DNA from: Alphaproteobacteria bacterium
GTDB taxonomy: Bacteria; Pseudomonadota; Alphaproteobacteria; MPNO01
Reading direction: 5' to 3'
NCBI GenBank assembly: GCA_964291675.2
Contig: OZ219865.1
Coordinates: 224,001-288,000, forward strand
Length of the DNA: 64,000 bases
Shown: in pieces, positions 46,088 to 55,576 of the stretch
Position numbering within the stretch: position 1 is the stretch's first letter
How the letters are laid out: every line of letters starts with the position of its first letter
The notes under the pieces: generated by a model
Database searches by the model: none
Told to the model about the DNA's origin: nothing
What the model saw: the letters and a program-made list of their open reading frames with translations, nothing else
Position numbers and translations under genes: made by a program

Positions 46088-46761
46088 GGTTGTGTCCCAG
46101 CGCGCGGTGTAGGAGTTCTGACGGCGATTGGTAGCTGTGGGTAAGTAGCCCGCCGCAGCGACCGGCGACGAGTCTGGCGGCGGCGGGCTACTTACCCATA
46201 GCGGAGGCCATCGCGGTACCGGTTTAGGGTTGGGGTGCACGTCCGCCCGACCAAAGGAGTACCACGATGCCGGCGGCCAGGGCCGGCGCGTCGTCTCCGC
46301 CTTCGTCGCCACCGCCTTCGCCCAGAACGACGCCGGAGCGGCGAGCGCCCAGTGGCGCCTGGTCGCCGACCAGCTCAGGACCAAGGCGCCCAGGCTCGCA
46401 GCCCTCATGGACGACGCCGAGCACGACGTCTTCGCCTACATGACCTTCCCCAAGGAGCACCGCAGCAAGCTCCACTCGACCAACCCGATCGAGCGGCTGC
46501 AAGCCGAGGTCAAGCGCCGCACCAATGTCGTCGGCATCTTCCCCAACGAGGATGCCATCACCCGACCGGTCGGCGCCATCCTGCTCGAGCAGAACGACGA
46601 ATGGGCCGTCTCGAGGAGATACATGACACTGGAACCGATCGCGCCCGTGAGCGACAATCTCACCGTCAAGCTGCCCACCGTGGCAGCCTGAGCGCCCCGG
46701 CTCCACCCGCCGGATACCGCGATCGACGCCTGGCTCTTACACCACGGGGCGGGACACGATC
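46088..46761 (+). mobile_element. internally deleted IS256-family element
   Basis: Imperfect terminal IRs (GGTTGTGTCCC..GGTGTAGGAG / CTCTTACACC..GGGACACGATC); 8-bp duplication GAATCTGG at 46080-46087 and 46762-46769; transposase C-terminus with STNPIERL and VVGIFPN. Confidence 0.9.
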
Positions 46762-46989
46762 GAATCTGGCCACCGTGCCAACAGTTAGCTGCTGAACCGT
46801 TGAGTTTAACATTGTTGCGATGTAAGACCGTATGTCCTTGTGAGGCCAGCATTTGATGGGGCGGTTCGCCCTACACTGGCGGCATTGAACGAGGGTTGCT
46901 CTGCGAGCAGTGCCCCAAGCCAGGAGGACGAACCGTGGTGGGGTGTAGCGAACTATTTGTCGGCATGGACGCGTCGAAGGATCCCATGC

Positions 46990-47087
46990 CGTGACGGCTA
47001 TCCCAACAGCTGCATCGACGGGCTCATGCCCTGGAACTTCAAACCCTCGTCAAGCTAAGAGCCGGGTGGCTTGGCCGCAACGCTTAC
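46990..47087 (+). mobile_element. IS66 right-end remnant
   Basis: GYPNSCIDGLMPWNF resembles the TnpC C-terminus and is followed by the CGCTTAC terminal sequence. Confidence 0.65.
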
Positions 47088-47298
47088 CATCCAATTGGCG
47101 TTTGCCAATTAGATGCGCGTCAACTCGAATCACCGAGGAATATTTCCGTGAAGTTAGAAGAGACTCTGTTGACGGAATATAGGTCAGGAAAAATGAAGAG
47201 GCCTTTTTTCATTGGTTGTATACGGTGCCCACAGCCATTTTACCAGATGAAACACTGAAATCACGTGTATATTGTCGACACCCTGTCTACATTTGCGG

Positions 47299-48303
47299 TC
47301 AATGACAATAAACGCTGTCACCTAAACAGACCGGCCTTTCTCCTATCACTCTTGCCACTCTGCACGCGTATTTCTCGGCTACAGCGTGTCTGTGACTAAA
47401 CTCGGCACCCCTTTCCTTCAGCCGTTCCAACATATCGACTCTGATTCTTCCGAAGACGGATTGGTGATATCCTGTGGACAGTAAACTATCATGAAATGAC
47501 CGCTCTATCTCACCAAGCTCCTCTTTGACAAATTCCCGATTCTCTTTTCTCACCGCCGAGACGACATCACAAGCCTTCCTCAACTCGCTCTGCAGTATGT
47601 TGAACCCTCTTCCTAATCCTTTTTTCTTAGGTTCAACGTACGACCCTCCTGCGCCGCATGCTCTTGCACTTATCGTAGGCAGGTAACGAAATCGTGGGAC
47701 CGCAACAACAGTTACGAACTCGCTTACGTTGTTGATGATTATCAGAGGAGGTAGACGACGACCCCTGTCATAGAGGGGCTTCAATTGCGTCGGCTTCTTG
47801 TCACCATTGTATGTTGGCAACACTCCATAAAGTTCTGCTAAACCTTTACCAACTTCCGAGTGGGTTTTAAGGACCTGCGCCACGCTTTGGCACAACCGCC
47901 CAGTTCTTTCCTCTGCACTCGCCACAACTTCTCCGGTCAACGCGAGTTCCCACATAGACTTGTGAAATTCATCGAATTGGAATATCTTTTCTGCCCAAAA
48001 TCTTTCGAACTCGTCCCAATACGCTTTATCTCTCGTCTGTCGAAGACGGCTAGGTAGCTCTTGCACTATTTCGTTGTAGACCTTGGTATACTGGTGTTCA
48101 TCCTCTATAAGCCTTTCCGCCTTTTCCGCAAAAATCTCCTGCTTTTGTCTCTTTAGCAATACAGGGTCGACAATGAATTGCCATATACCAATTGCCGTTC
48201 CTACAACTCCAAGCCCAGGGGCGATGAGCTTCCACGGGATCCGCCTAAAGGACCCCAATTTAGCGCCCATTCCTTGCTCTCGTCGTTGCTTTGTATTCGT
48301 CAT
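47299..48303 (-). CDS. low-GC hypothetical protein with N-terminal TM
   Basis: 334-codon ORF in AT-richer DNA; LIAPGLGVVGTAIGIWQFIV membrane segment. Confidence 0.75.
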   Translation of the reverse strand: MTNTKQRREQGMGAKLGSFRRIPWKLIAPGLGVVGTAIGIWQFIVDPVLLKRQKQEIFAEKAERLIEDEHQYTKVYNEIVQELPSRLRQTRDKAYWDEFERFWAEKIFQFDEFHKSMWELALTGEVVASAEERTGRLCQSVAQVLKTHSEVGKGLAELYGVLPTYNGDKKPTQLKPLYDRGRRLPPLIIINNVSEFVTVVAVPRFRYLPTISARACGAGGSYVEPKKKGLGRGFNILQSELRKACDVVSAVRKENREFVKEELGEIERSFHDSLLSTGYHQSVFGRIRVDMLERLKERGAEFSHRHAVAEKYACRVARVIGERPVCLGDSVYCH

Positions 48304-49093
48304 CGGTTAACCCCAACTTTCCACTAGCGCTTTGCGTGACCCGAAGCCCTTCAACCCGCCTTCTCCGCCCTCATCTAGGCCACGGCATCCTAGCTACGTC
48401 GGCAGCAGCGGGTAGCACTCACCATGACCTCCTCTACATGTAAATTAATTTCCAATACCGCTTGGTTCGAACCGATGCGACCAACGATCTGCCCCTCCAA
48501 GACGAGAGGCGCCACAGAATCGTGTGAAGCGCCTTGATTCACCAGCCTGGAGACGTATCGCTTCATGTTCGCAGGTTACGCGCCGGCCATGGGGACGTTC
48601 TCCATCTCGACCGGTTCCTAGTCCATCGATCATACGGCAGTCGCATAAGGCGCGACAATCTGGATGAGGGTCTCATCTTGGTTGTCTCGCCGCAGTGCCT
48701 CAACCGGCATAGTCTGAGGTGGCCGCGCCTCTTCGGACAGTCTGGCAGCTTTGCTAAGGTGTATTCCGGTTGATGTTCAGACCGCCAAAGTCCCCTTGGA
48801 ATGGATCTTCCTGCTGCTGTCGCGCCTGTGGGGATGTGGGCAAGGCACGACTCGACTTGTCCACTATGTCCACAGGCGTGTCGCCCAGGTTGGTCTCGGC
48901 TGGCGTCTGACCAGGACCAGGGAGAGCCCCATGCGAGATCGACACAGTGCGCATCGCAAGTACCGGAGAGGATCGGAGCAGTTCGAGCTGTTCCCCCGGG
49001 CGGAAAGCGACGCGCCGTTGGACACGCCCGCATGGCGCACGCTACAGCGCTTGATCGGATCGCCGTCGGGCTGGCTCTGCTCCTGCAAGACCT

Positions 49094-49675
49094 TTATCGA
49101 ATTCGTTCACCGTGGACCTCTCCCCTTGTGCCACGGTCGGTCCAATACTGACCGTGCAGCTCGCCCGGCAATGCAGGATCTCCGATCACATCGAGCACCA
49201 GTGCCCCCATGTGTGTCCGGCTTCGATCCTGAACCGAGATCCGTGGCTGGTTTCGGTACACTCCGAATACTTGGTAGGTCCCGTCATCCTTGGCGACGAT
49301 TCTGGAAGCCGCGAAGTCACCTGCGGACTCCGGCGTCTCCAGTCGTAGATGCAGCTTGGTGTAGGTCTGCCGGATTGTGACCTTCGCCTCTATCGGCTCG
49401 GGGCGAAGGTTGGTCTGCGGATCGGTCCAGAGCGACTTGATGACGAATGTCCAGTCCCCGGCCAGGATTGGACGCTTCACGAACCAGCCTTGCAGCAGCC
49501 GTTGCTTCCACGCCCATCGGTCGAAGAGAGCCAGGGCACCGACCGTCGCGCTCACGGCGCCGCCGAAAGACTTCAACCAGTTCCAGGACAGCGGCTCGCC
49601 GGCGAGCACAAGCGAAACCGCCACCGATGCCAGTGGCACGGCGATGAGCGCGCTGACCTGAACGCGGTCCATCAT
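49094..49675 (-). CDS. cap15: CBASS Cap15-like 2TM beta-barrel effector
   Basis: Two TMs, FDRWAWK, P.L.G.W, IRQT, Y.N.P, H.G and GQYWTDR.T.G motifs; ATGA overlap with the cyclase gene. Confidence 0.9.
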   Translation of the reverse strand: MMDRVQVSALIAVPLASVAVSLVLAGEPLSWNWLKSFGGAVSATVGALALFDRWAWKQRLLQGWFVKRPILAGDWTFVIKSLWTDPQTNLRPEPIEAKVTIRQTYTKLHLRLETPESAGDFAASRIVAKDDGTYQVFGVYRNQPRISVQDRSRTHMGALVLDVIGDPALPGELHGQYWTDRGTRGEVHGERIR

Positions 49676-50586
49676 CCGCTTTCTACGTAGTTCCAAGCGT
49701 CGTAGAGAAACTGATTTGCTTGAGCGCGGGTCCACGACTGGGAAGCGGGGAACAACAGCTTGATACCGTTCTCTTCGGTCCACGCGCCGCACACGGCGTC
49801 GGTGCGCGTGTGTTCCCAGAGGTGAGCGATGACGCCCTGCGTCATGTCACGCAGCGAAGGCCGGCCGAAGAGATGATCGGGGGCATTCCAGATCAGGCTC
49901 TCGATCAGGAAGGAGGCCATCGCCCTCGCCGACGCGACGCCTGCATCATCCATCTCGTGACTGAGCTTCTTCACAATGCGCACCGCCCTCTTGAAGCGCC
50001 GATCGGTGGCATTGTTCTTCGCTACGCCGTTGTCGTACTGCTGCTGAGGGAAGTTGGTGATCAAACGTCCCGTGTCATCGGCGATGAGAGCGGTGCCCTC
50101 ATGATATTGCCAAGCGTTGAGGTACAACCGATAAGCGAAGCAGGGCGCGGCGTCGGCGTCGACGCGCCCGGTGTTCTCGTTGACGTCGAACGCCTTGTTG
50201 CCGCGCCGAACGTTGGCCCGTCCGAACCTGTTCACCAGTGCCCGCTCGACGTCGTTCTTGTAGCTGCCGAACTTGTAGCTGGCAGGCGTGATTCCGACAC
50301 TGAGTGCCAACAGGCCGGGCGGAAGGTCGTAGTAAAACGTGTCCTCGCAGAGCACGCAGACATCGACATCGCTGTCCTGCCGAACATTGGTACGATTCCG
50401 ATAGCTGCCCTGCGGAAAGGTCCGCACGTTCCTGGTCGCGAGCGTCGCATCCGCCGCCACCGCCCCCTTGATGGCCTGCACGGCACGGTCGCACCGCTCC
50501 TGCTCCGTCTTGCCGGGCGGCTTGGACCACGCGGAGAACACTCTCTCCCAGTCCCGCCTGGTTCTTGTCTGTACGGACACCGTCAC
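49672..50586 (-). CDS. cdnE: CBASS CD-NTase, clade E-like
   Basis: QGSYRNRTNVRQDSDVDV, RGNKAF, DADAAP, NFPQQ..NG..KN and SFLIESL motifs. Confidence 0.92.
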   Translation of the reverse strand: MTVSVQTRTRRDWERVFSAWSKPPGKTEQERCDRAVQAIKGAVAADATLATRNVRTFPQGSYRNRTNVRQDSDVDVCVLCEDTFYYDLPPGLLALSVGITPASYKFGSYKNDVERALVNRFGRANVRRGNKAFDVNENTGRVDADAAPCFAYRLYLNAWQYHEGTALIADDTGRLITNFPQQQYDNGVAKNNATDRRFKRAVRIVKKLSHEMDDAGVASARAMASFLIESLIWNAPDHLFGRPSLRDMTQGVIAHLWEHTRTDAVCGAWTEENGIKLLFPASQSWTRAQANQFLYDAWNYVESG

Positions 50587-50774
50587 CCCTCGCGAATTCG
50601 CGCTCGGCCAAGCGCTTGAATTGAACCTGCCGTCATATCAGCCCAAGAATTGCCAATGATCCCTCGGCGGAAAGGCATCGACCGGCCCCCATTTCGCAGT
50701 CACTTGCCTTGCCTCAACGACTTCAGCGCCCCATTCCGGTCCGAACCTCTCGCTGAACTGCCAGCTGCGAACTC

Positions 50775-51014
50775 TCAGCCCTTGATCTCGCGAGGGTCGT
50801 TCCCATGCGAATCCGATTGGCTGATGCGACCGTCGCGATTGTGGATCTTGAATTCCGTACCGGCGTTTCGGCTGATTTCGCGGCCGCGGTCGATCGCCTC
50901 CTGTTTCGTCCCGAAATGTCCGCTGGCGCGTTCGGCGCCCCCGCGACGGACATCCCAGCCCCCGCCGGAAGCGGGTACGACGTGATGTGTCCCGGATCCC
51001 TTGCCTCGTGCCAT
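50775..51014 (-). CDS. DUF2188 family small protein
   Basis: HVVP...GWDV...RAS..F.TKQEAI..GR...IH.RDGRI...DSHGNDP signature. Confidence 0.9.
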   Translation of the reverse strand: MARGKGSGTHHVVPASGGGWDVRRGGAERASGHFGTKQEAIDRGREISRNAGTEFKIHNRDGRISQSDSHGNDPREIKG

Positions 51015-51049
51015 ATCGGCCTCCTGCAATCGTGTTTGCGCTAACCGAA

Positions 51050-51129
51050 GTTCGTAATCACGAACCTGGCGGCAACGTAGGTGTTGCGCATATCGCCTGT
51101 CAAGGACAAAGTGTATCGTTATCGCGAAC
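51050..51129. promoter_or_regulatory. candidate CapH operators in the divergent intergenic region
   Basis: Palindrome GTTCGT-AATC-ACGAAC (51050-51065) and related TATCGTTATCGCGAAC (51114-51129). Confidence 0.5.
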
Positions 51130-51147
51130 CTCGCCCGCAACTGGAGG

Positions 51148-51477
51148 ATGTCCGTGCCAACGCCCCTGGGAGAGCGCGTACGAGAGGTCAGGCTGAAACG
51201 CGGCCTGACCCTTGAAGCCCTGGCCGAACAGGTCGGATCGAGCAAGAGCTACATGTGGGAGATCGAAAACAAGGACGTCGCCCGCCCATCGGCCGAGAAG
51301 CTGCACCAGATCGCTGTTGCCCTCGGCACCACCGCGGAGTACCTGCTCTCGGCCGACGAAGTGACCGAAGCCGAGGCGGCCGATCTCGCCTTCTTCCGCA
51401 AGTATCGGAACATGAAGCCCAGAGGTAAGGAACAGCTTCGGGAGATGCTCAGGATCCTGGACGACGAGGACGAATGA
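51148..51477 (+). CDS. capH: XRE HTH repressor (CapH-like)
   Basis: GLTLEALAEQVGSSKSYMWEIEN HTH and C-terminal FFRKY; divergent from the CBASS operon. Confidence 0.88.
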   Translation: MSVPTPLGERVREVRLKRGLTLEALAEQVGSSKSYMWEIENKDVARPSAEKLHQIAVALGTTAEYLLSADEVTEAEAADLAFFRKYRNMKPRGKEQLREMLRILDDEDE

Positions 51478-52406
51478 GCCCTCCTGAAAGAAAATCGCCT
51501 CGACGAGCGGCCAATGACCTGACGGTCCTCCTTCGCACCGTCCTCGGCGAGGACCGGTTCCCCGTCGATGTCGAAGCTCTGGCGCGCGAGGTGTCGCGCA
51601 ATCACGAAGATCCGATTGCCACGATCCGCGGCGTCGACATCCCCGGCTTCGAAGGCATGCTGCGCGCAAGGAAAAGGAAACCCGGCTGGCACATCCTCTA
51701 CAGCACTCAGCCACGCTATCGTGGACGCGAGCGCTTCACGCTTGCGCACGAGTTCGGCCACTACATGCTGCACCGCCGCCGACTGACCGCTGGCGACTAC
51801 AGTAACGGCGAACTCGCCGAGAACCTGGATTTTCGATGCCTGCCCTTGCAGGCCGACCGATGGGACCCTGCTGAGAAGCAGCGGGAGGAGGAAGCGGACA
51901 CGTTTGCCTCCTATCTCCTCATGCCGATCGATGACTATCGGAACCAGGTCGATGGCCATGACATGACCCGTGACCTGCTCAGCCACATCACCGATCGCTA
52001 TGGCGTCTCGCTCTTGGCCGCCGTTCGAAAGTGGATCGAGTTCACCAGCTCGCGGGCCGCGATGGTCGTGGCGCGCGACGGCTTCGCTCTGTGGGGCCGT
52101 GCCAGCGCTTCGGCATACAGGACCGGTATCTTTGTTCCGTCCGGCATGGCGATTCCTGATGGATCTGTGGCAGCCACGCCCCCCGCTTCTCGAAACGAAG
52201 AATCCGATGATCCTGTCGTTCTTCCCGTCGGCGTCTGGACCTTCAGCCGTGGATCCGAGCTCACGCGGGAACTGACGATTTTCTCTGCGCGCCTCGACAT
52301 TTCCGTCTCCATCCTTCAGTTCGACGACGTTGCTGGCGACGTCGTTCTCGAAGAGGAAGCCGACTGGGACAGCTACGACCAGCTCACATCATGGGAGCAA
52401 CGATGA
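51474..52406 (+). CDS. capP: ImmA/IrrE metallopeptidase (CapP-like)
   Basis: RERFTLAHEFGH (HExxH), E.EAD.FASYLLMP and YGVS motifs. Confidence 0.88.
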   Translation: MSPPERKSPRRAANDLTVLLRTVLGEDRFPVDVEALAREVSRNHEDPIATIRGVDIPGFEGMLRARKRKPGWHILYSTQPRYRGRERFTLAHEFGHYMLHRRRLTAGDYSNGELAENLDFRCLPLQADRWDPAEKQREEEADTFASYLLMPIDDYRNQVDGHDMTRDLLSHITDRYGVSLLAAVRKWIEFTSSRAAMVVARDGFALWGRASASAYRTGIFVPSGMAIPDGSVAATPPASRNEESDDPVVLPVGVWTFSRGSELTRELTIFSARLDISVSILQFDDVAGDVVLEEEADWDSYDQLTSWEQR

Positions 52407-52821
52407 TCGGCCCGTCGCCTGCAATGGACCCCATTGGCAAGCTCCTGAAGAAAGCGAGGCAAGCTCCAATCGACTATCACCGCCTGGCCGGAAAACCACT
52501 TGGCATTGTCGGTCCCGCGCGTTGCCCGAGCGCTCACCAAGGACTCGGCACGAAATTGGTCATCGGCCGACAGTCGTATCCTCCACAAGTCTCGGTATTG
52601 AAAAAATCTGCATTCGGTTTGATGACTGATTCCGGAATGAGGCTCCCACGCCATCGGACTAAGGGAATATTTTCTAATGATTTTCAATAGTTATGGGATT
52701 CCACCTCGGATTTCTCCGAACTTGATCCGGGGACCAGCCATGACGGGGTGGGATGGTAAGCAGGGAGTTCTCCGCTCTGCCTCCCATGGGTGAGCTCCGG
52801 TCGATATGAGGAGAGGGCGCG

Positions 52822-52888
52822 GCCGGGAATATGGTTTAAGCCTAAAACAAATTGCGCCCTGCCGGGAATTGGTTTAAGCATAAAACAA
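52822..52888 (+). promoter_or_regulatory. tandem duplicated operator-like sequence
   Basis: GCCGGGAAT(A)TGGTTTAAGC(C/A)TAAAACAA twice, each with a TTTA-N4-TAAA dyad, upstream of the monooxygenase. Confidence 0.65.
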
Positions 52889-52920
52889 TTTCGCGTCAGG
52901 CCGGATCGGAGGACGGGACG

Positions 52921-55341
52921 ATGAAGATCGAGGTGATTGGCGGCGGCCCGGCCGGGCTCTACTTCGCGCTGCTGATGAAGGCGCGCGATCCGGGCCACGA
53001 GATCACGATCTACGAGCAGAACCGGCACGACGACACGTTCGGCTTCGGCGTGGTGTTCTCGGCCGAGACCCTCGGTCACTTCCGCGACTACGACGCCGCG
53101 AGCTATGACGCGATCCGCGCCGGGTTCGCCTATTGGGACGACATCGACATCTTCTACCGCGGCCGCAAGATCACCTCGGGCGGGCACGGGTTCTGCGGCA
53201 TGTCGCGCAAGGCGCTGCTGCTGCTGCTCCAAGAGCGCTGCCGCGAGCTCGGGATCGCGATGGAGTTCGAGCGCGAGATCCGCTCGCTCGACGAGCTCCC
53301 CGAGGCCGACCTCGTGATCGCCTGCAACGGCATCAACTCCTGGGTGCGCGAGGATTATGCCGACCATTTCCGCCCGAGCTACGACTGGCGGCCCAACAAG
53401 TTCGTCTGGCTCGGCAGCACCAGGCCGCTGCCCGCCTTCACCTTCGACTTCCGCGAGAACGACGCCGGCATCTGGAACCTGCACGCCTACCAGTACGACG
53501 CGGGGATGAGCACCTGGATCGTCGAGACCACGGCCGAGACCTTCGCCCGCGCCGGGCTGGAGGACGAGGACGAGGCGGGCACCGTCGCCTATGTGGCGGC
53601 GCTCTACGAGGATCTGCTCGACGGCCACCCGGCGATCACCAACCGTTCGTTCTGGCGCAACTTCCCGACCATCCGCTGCGAGACCTGGGTGCGCGACAAT
53701 CTGGTGATCATGGGCGATGCCGCGCATACCGCGCATTTCTCCATCGGCTCGGGCACCAAGCTCGCCATGGAGGACGCGATCGCGCTCTACGAGGAGTTCG
53801 GCGTCCATGACGACGTGGGGGAAGCGCTTGCCGCCTACGACGTCAACCGGCGCGACGAGGTCGGCCGGCTGCAGCACGCGGCCGACGTGTCGCTCGCCTG
53901 GTTCGAGCAGGTCGGGCGCTACTGGGGGATGCAGCCGAGCCAGTTCGCATTCAGCCTGCTGTCGCGCTCGAAGGCGATCACCTACGACAATTTGCGCACC
54001 CGGGACGCCGGGTTCATCGCCGCCATCGACCGCGATTTCGCCGCCGGGGTGGCCGCGCGGGAGGGCATTCCCGAGATCGCAGACGCCGCGCCGCCGCCGA
54101 TGTTCACCCCCTTCACGATCGGCGCCATGCGGCTGGAGAACCGGGTCGCCGTCGCCCCGATGTGCCAGTACTGCGCGGATGACGGGGTGCCGGGGGACTG
54201 GCACTACGTCCACCTCACCAGCCGGGCGCTGGGCGGGGCGGGGCTGGTCTATACCGAGATGAGCTGCATCGCCCCCGACGCGCGCATTACGCCCGGCTGC
54301 GCCGGCATCTGGAACGACGCGCAGGAGGCGGCGTGGCAGCGCATCGCCGAGTTCGTCCACCGATACACGCCGGCGAAGCTCTGCATGCAGATCGGCCATG
54401 CCGGGCGCAAGGGCGCGACCAGGCTCGCCTGGGAAGGCATCGACCAGCCGCTGGAAGACGGCGCGTGGGAGATAATCGCCCCGTCGCCGCTGCCCTATTT
54501 GCCCCATTCCGCGGTGCCGCGCGAGATGGACCGCGCCGACATGGACCGGGTGAAGGCGGAGTTCGTCGCGGCCTTCGAACGGGCGGCACGCGCGGGTTAC
54601 GACATGGCGGAGCTGCACTGCGCGCATGGCTACCTGCTGGGCGGCTTCCTGTCGCCCGCCACCAACAGGCGGACCGACGAGTACGGCGGCAGCCTGGAGA
54701 ACCGGCTGCGCTACCCGCTGGAGGTGTTCGATGCGGTCAGGGCGGCCTGGCCCGCCGGCCGGCCGATCTCGATCCGCATCTCGGCGCATGACTGGGTGCC
54801 GGGCGGCAACGAGGGGGACGACGCGGTGGCGATCTCCAGGGCCTTCGCCGCGCGCGGGGTCGACCTCATCAACGTCTCGACCGGCCAGACCGCATCGGAG
54901 GAGAAGCCGGTCTACGGCCGCATGTTCCAGACCCCGTTCTCCGAGCAGGTCCGCATCGAGGCCGGCGTGCCGACGCTGGTCGCCGGCAACATCTTTACCT
55001 GGGACCAGGTCAACACCATCGTCGCCGCCGGGCGCGCCGACCTGGTAGCGCTCGCGCGCACCCATCTCTACAACCCCAACTTCACCCAGCAGGCGGCGGC
55101 CCATTACGGCTGGGACCCGGTGCCCTGGCCGGACCAGTACCTGTCCGCCAAGTTCGCCGCCTTCCGCCAGTTCGCGCGCGACCGCCAGGCGGTCGAGGAG
55201 CTGCGCGAGGCGGCCCGCCCGGCCGAGCACGCCGCCCGGCGCCAGTTCCGCCGCGACGCCGGCGCCGAGGAGTGGGAGACCAAGGGCGCGGCCGTCGGCG
55301 CGGCCGCGGCGAGCAGGGAGGCGGCGGCGGGCGGCGGGTGA
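52921..55341 (+). CDS. bifunctional salicylyl-CoA 5-hydroxylase / anthraniloyl-CoA monooxygenase-reductase family
   Basis: GGGPAGLY, DDTFGFGVVFS and GDAAHTAHFSIGSGTKLA FAD domain fused to an old-yellow-enzyme domain (PMCQY, HCAHGYLL, RTDEYGGSLENR). Confidence 0.93.
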   Translation: MKIEVIGGGPAGLYFALLMKARDPGHEITIYEQNRHDDTFGFGVVFSAETLGHFRDYDAASYDAIRAGFAYWDDIDIFYRGRKITSGGHGFCGMSRKALLLLLQERCRELGIAMEFEREIRSLDELPEADLVIACNGINSWVREDYADHFRPSYDWRPNKFVWLGSTRPLPAFTFDFRENDAGIWNLHAYQYDAGMSTWIVETTAETFARAGLEDEDEAGTVAYVAALYEDLLDGHPAITNRSFWRNFPTIRCETWVRDNLVIMGDAAHTAHFSIGSGTKLAMEDAIALYEEFGVHDDVGEALAAYDVNRRDEVGRLQHAADVSLAWFEQVGRYWGMQPSQFAFSLLSRSKAITYDNLRTRDAGFIAAIDRDFAAGVAAREGIPEIADAAPPPMFTPFTIGAMRLENRVAVAPMCQYCADDGVPGDWHYVHLTSRALGGAGLVYTEMSCIAPDARITPGCAGIWNDAQEAAWQRIAEFVHRYTPAKLCMQIGHAGRKGATRLAWEGIDQPLEDGAWEIIAPSPLPYLPHSAVPREMDRADMDRVKAEFVAAFERAARAGYDMAELHCAHGYLLGGFLSPATNRRTDEYGGSLENRLRYPLEVFDAVRAAWPAGRPISIRISAHDWVPGGNEGDDAVAISRAFAARGVDLINVSTGQTASEEKPVYGRMFQTPFSEQVRIEAGVPTLVAGNIFTWDQVNTIVAAGRADLVALARTHLYNPNFTQQAAAHYGWDPVPWPDQYLSAKFAAFRQFARDRQAVEELREAARPAEHAARRQFRRDAGAEEWETKGAAVGAAAASREAAAGGG

Positions 55342-55355
55342 GCTTTCTCGAGAAG

Positions 55356-55517
55356 CGCAGCCGACTGGCGAGGCGTCGCGCGCTCGGCGATCTCGCGCCC
55401 CGCGTCGACCTTCGCCCGGCGAAGCTCCCACGTCTTCTACAGGTTCAGCCAGAGCTGCGGCGTCGTCCCGAATTACCGCGCCAGCCTCAGCGCCGTGTCC
55501 GCGCTGACGCCGCGCTT
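55356..55517 (-). pseudogene. HigA-family antitoxin remnant
   Basis: KRGVSADTALRLAR*FGTTPQLWLNL*KTWELRRA, with two in-frame stops and no N-terminus. Confidence 0.75.
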
Positions 55518-55576
55518 GGTGGCGGTCCTGCGCCGTGCTATGCAAAATGGACGGGGAACGACCGGGAGACGGGGGG

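Noticed and set aside
46822-47087. Complete IS66 miniature starting at GTAAGAC 46822
   Set aside because: The flanks show no target duplication and the left end matches poorly, so only the right-end remnant was kept.
48770-49050. Possible end of a serine-recombinase-type mobile element (peptide QFELF...PAWRTL)
   Set aside because: Only a short truncated peptide and no second end or recombinase, so it is too weak to call.
52391-52690. ORF downstream of capP
   Set aside because: No recognisable motif and atypical composition; may be non-coding or decayed.
52700-52800. tRNA or other integration target at the cargo boundary
   Set aside because: No cloverleaf or T-loop (GTTCGA) with CCA could be built; only a REP-like TTGATCCGGGG fragment is present.
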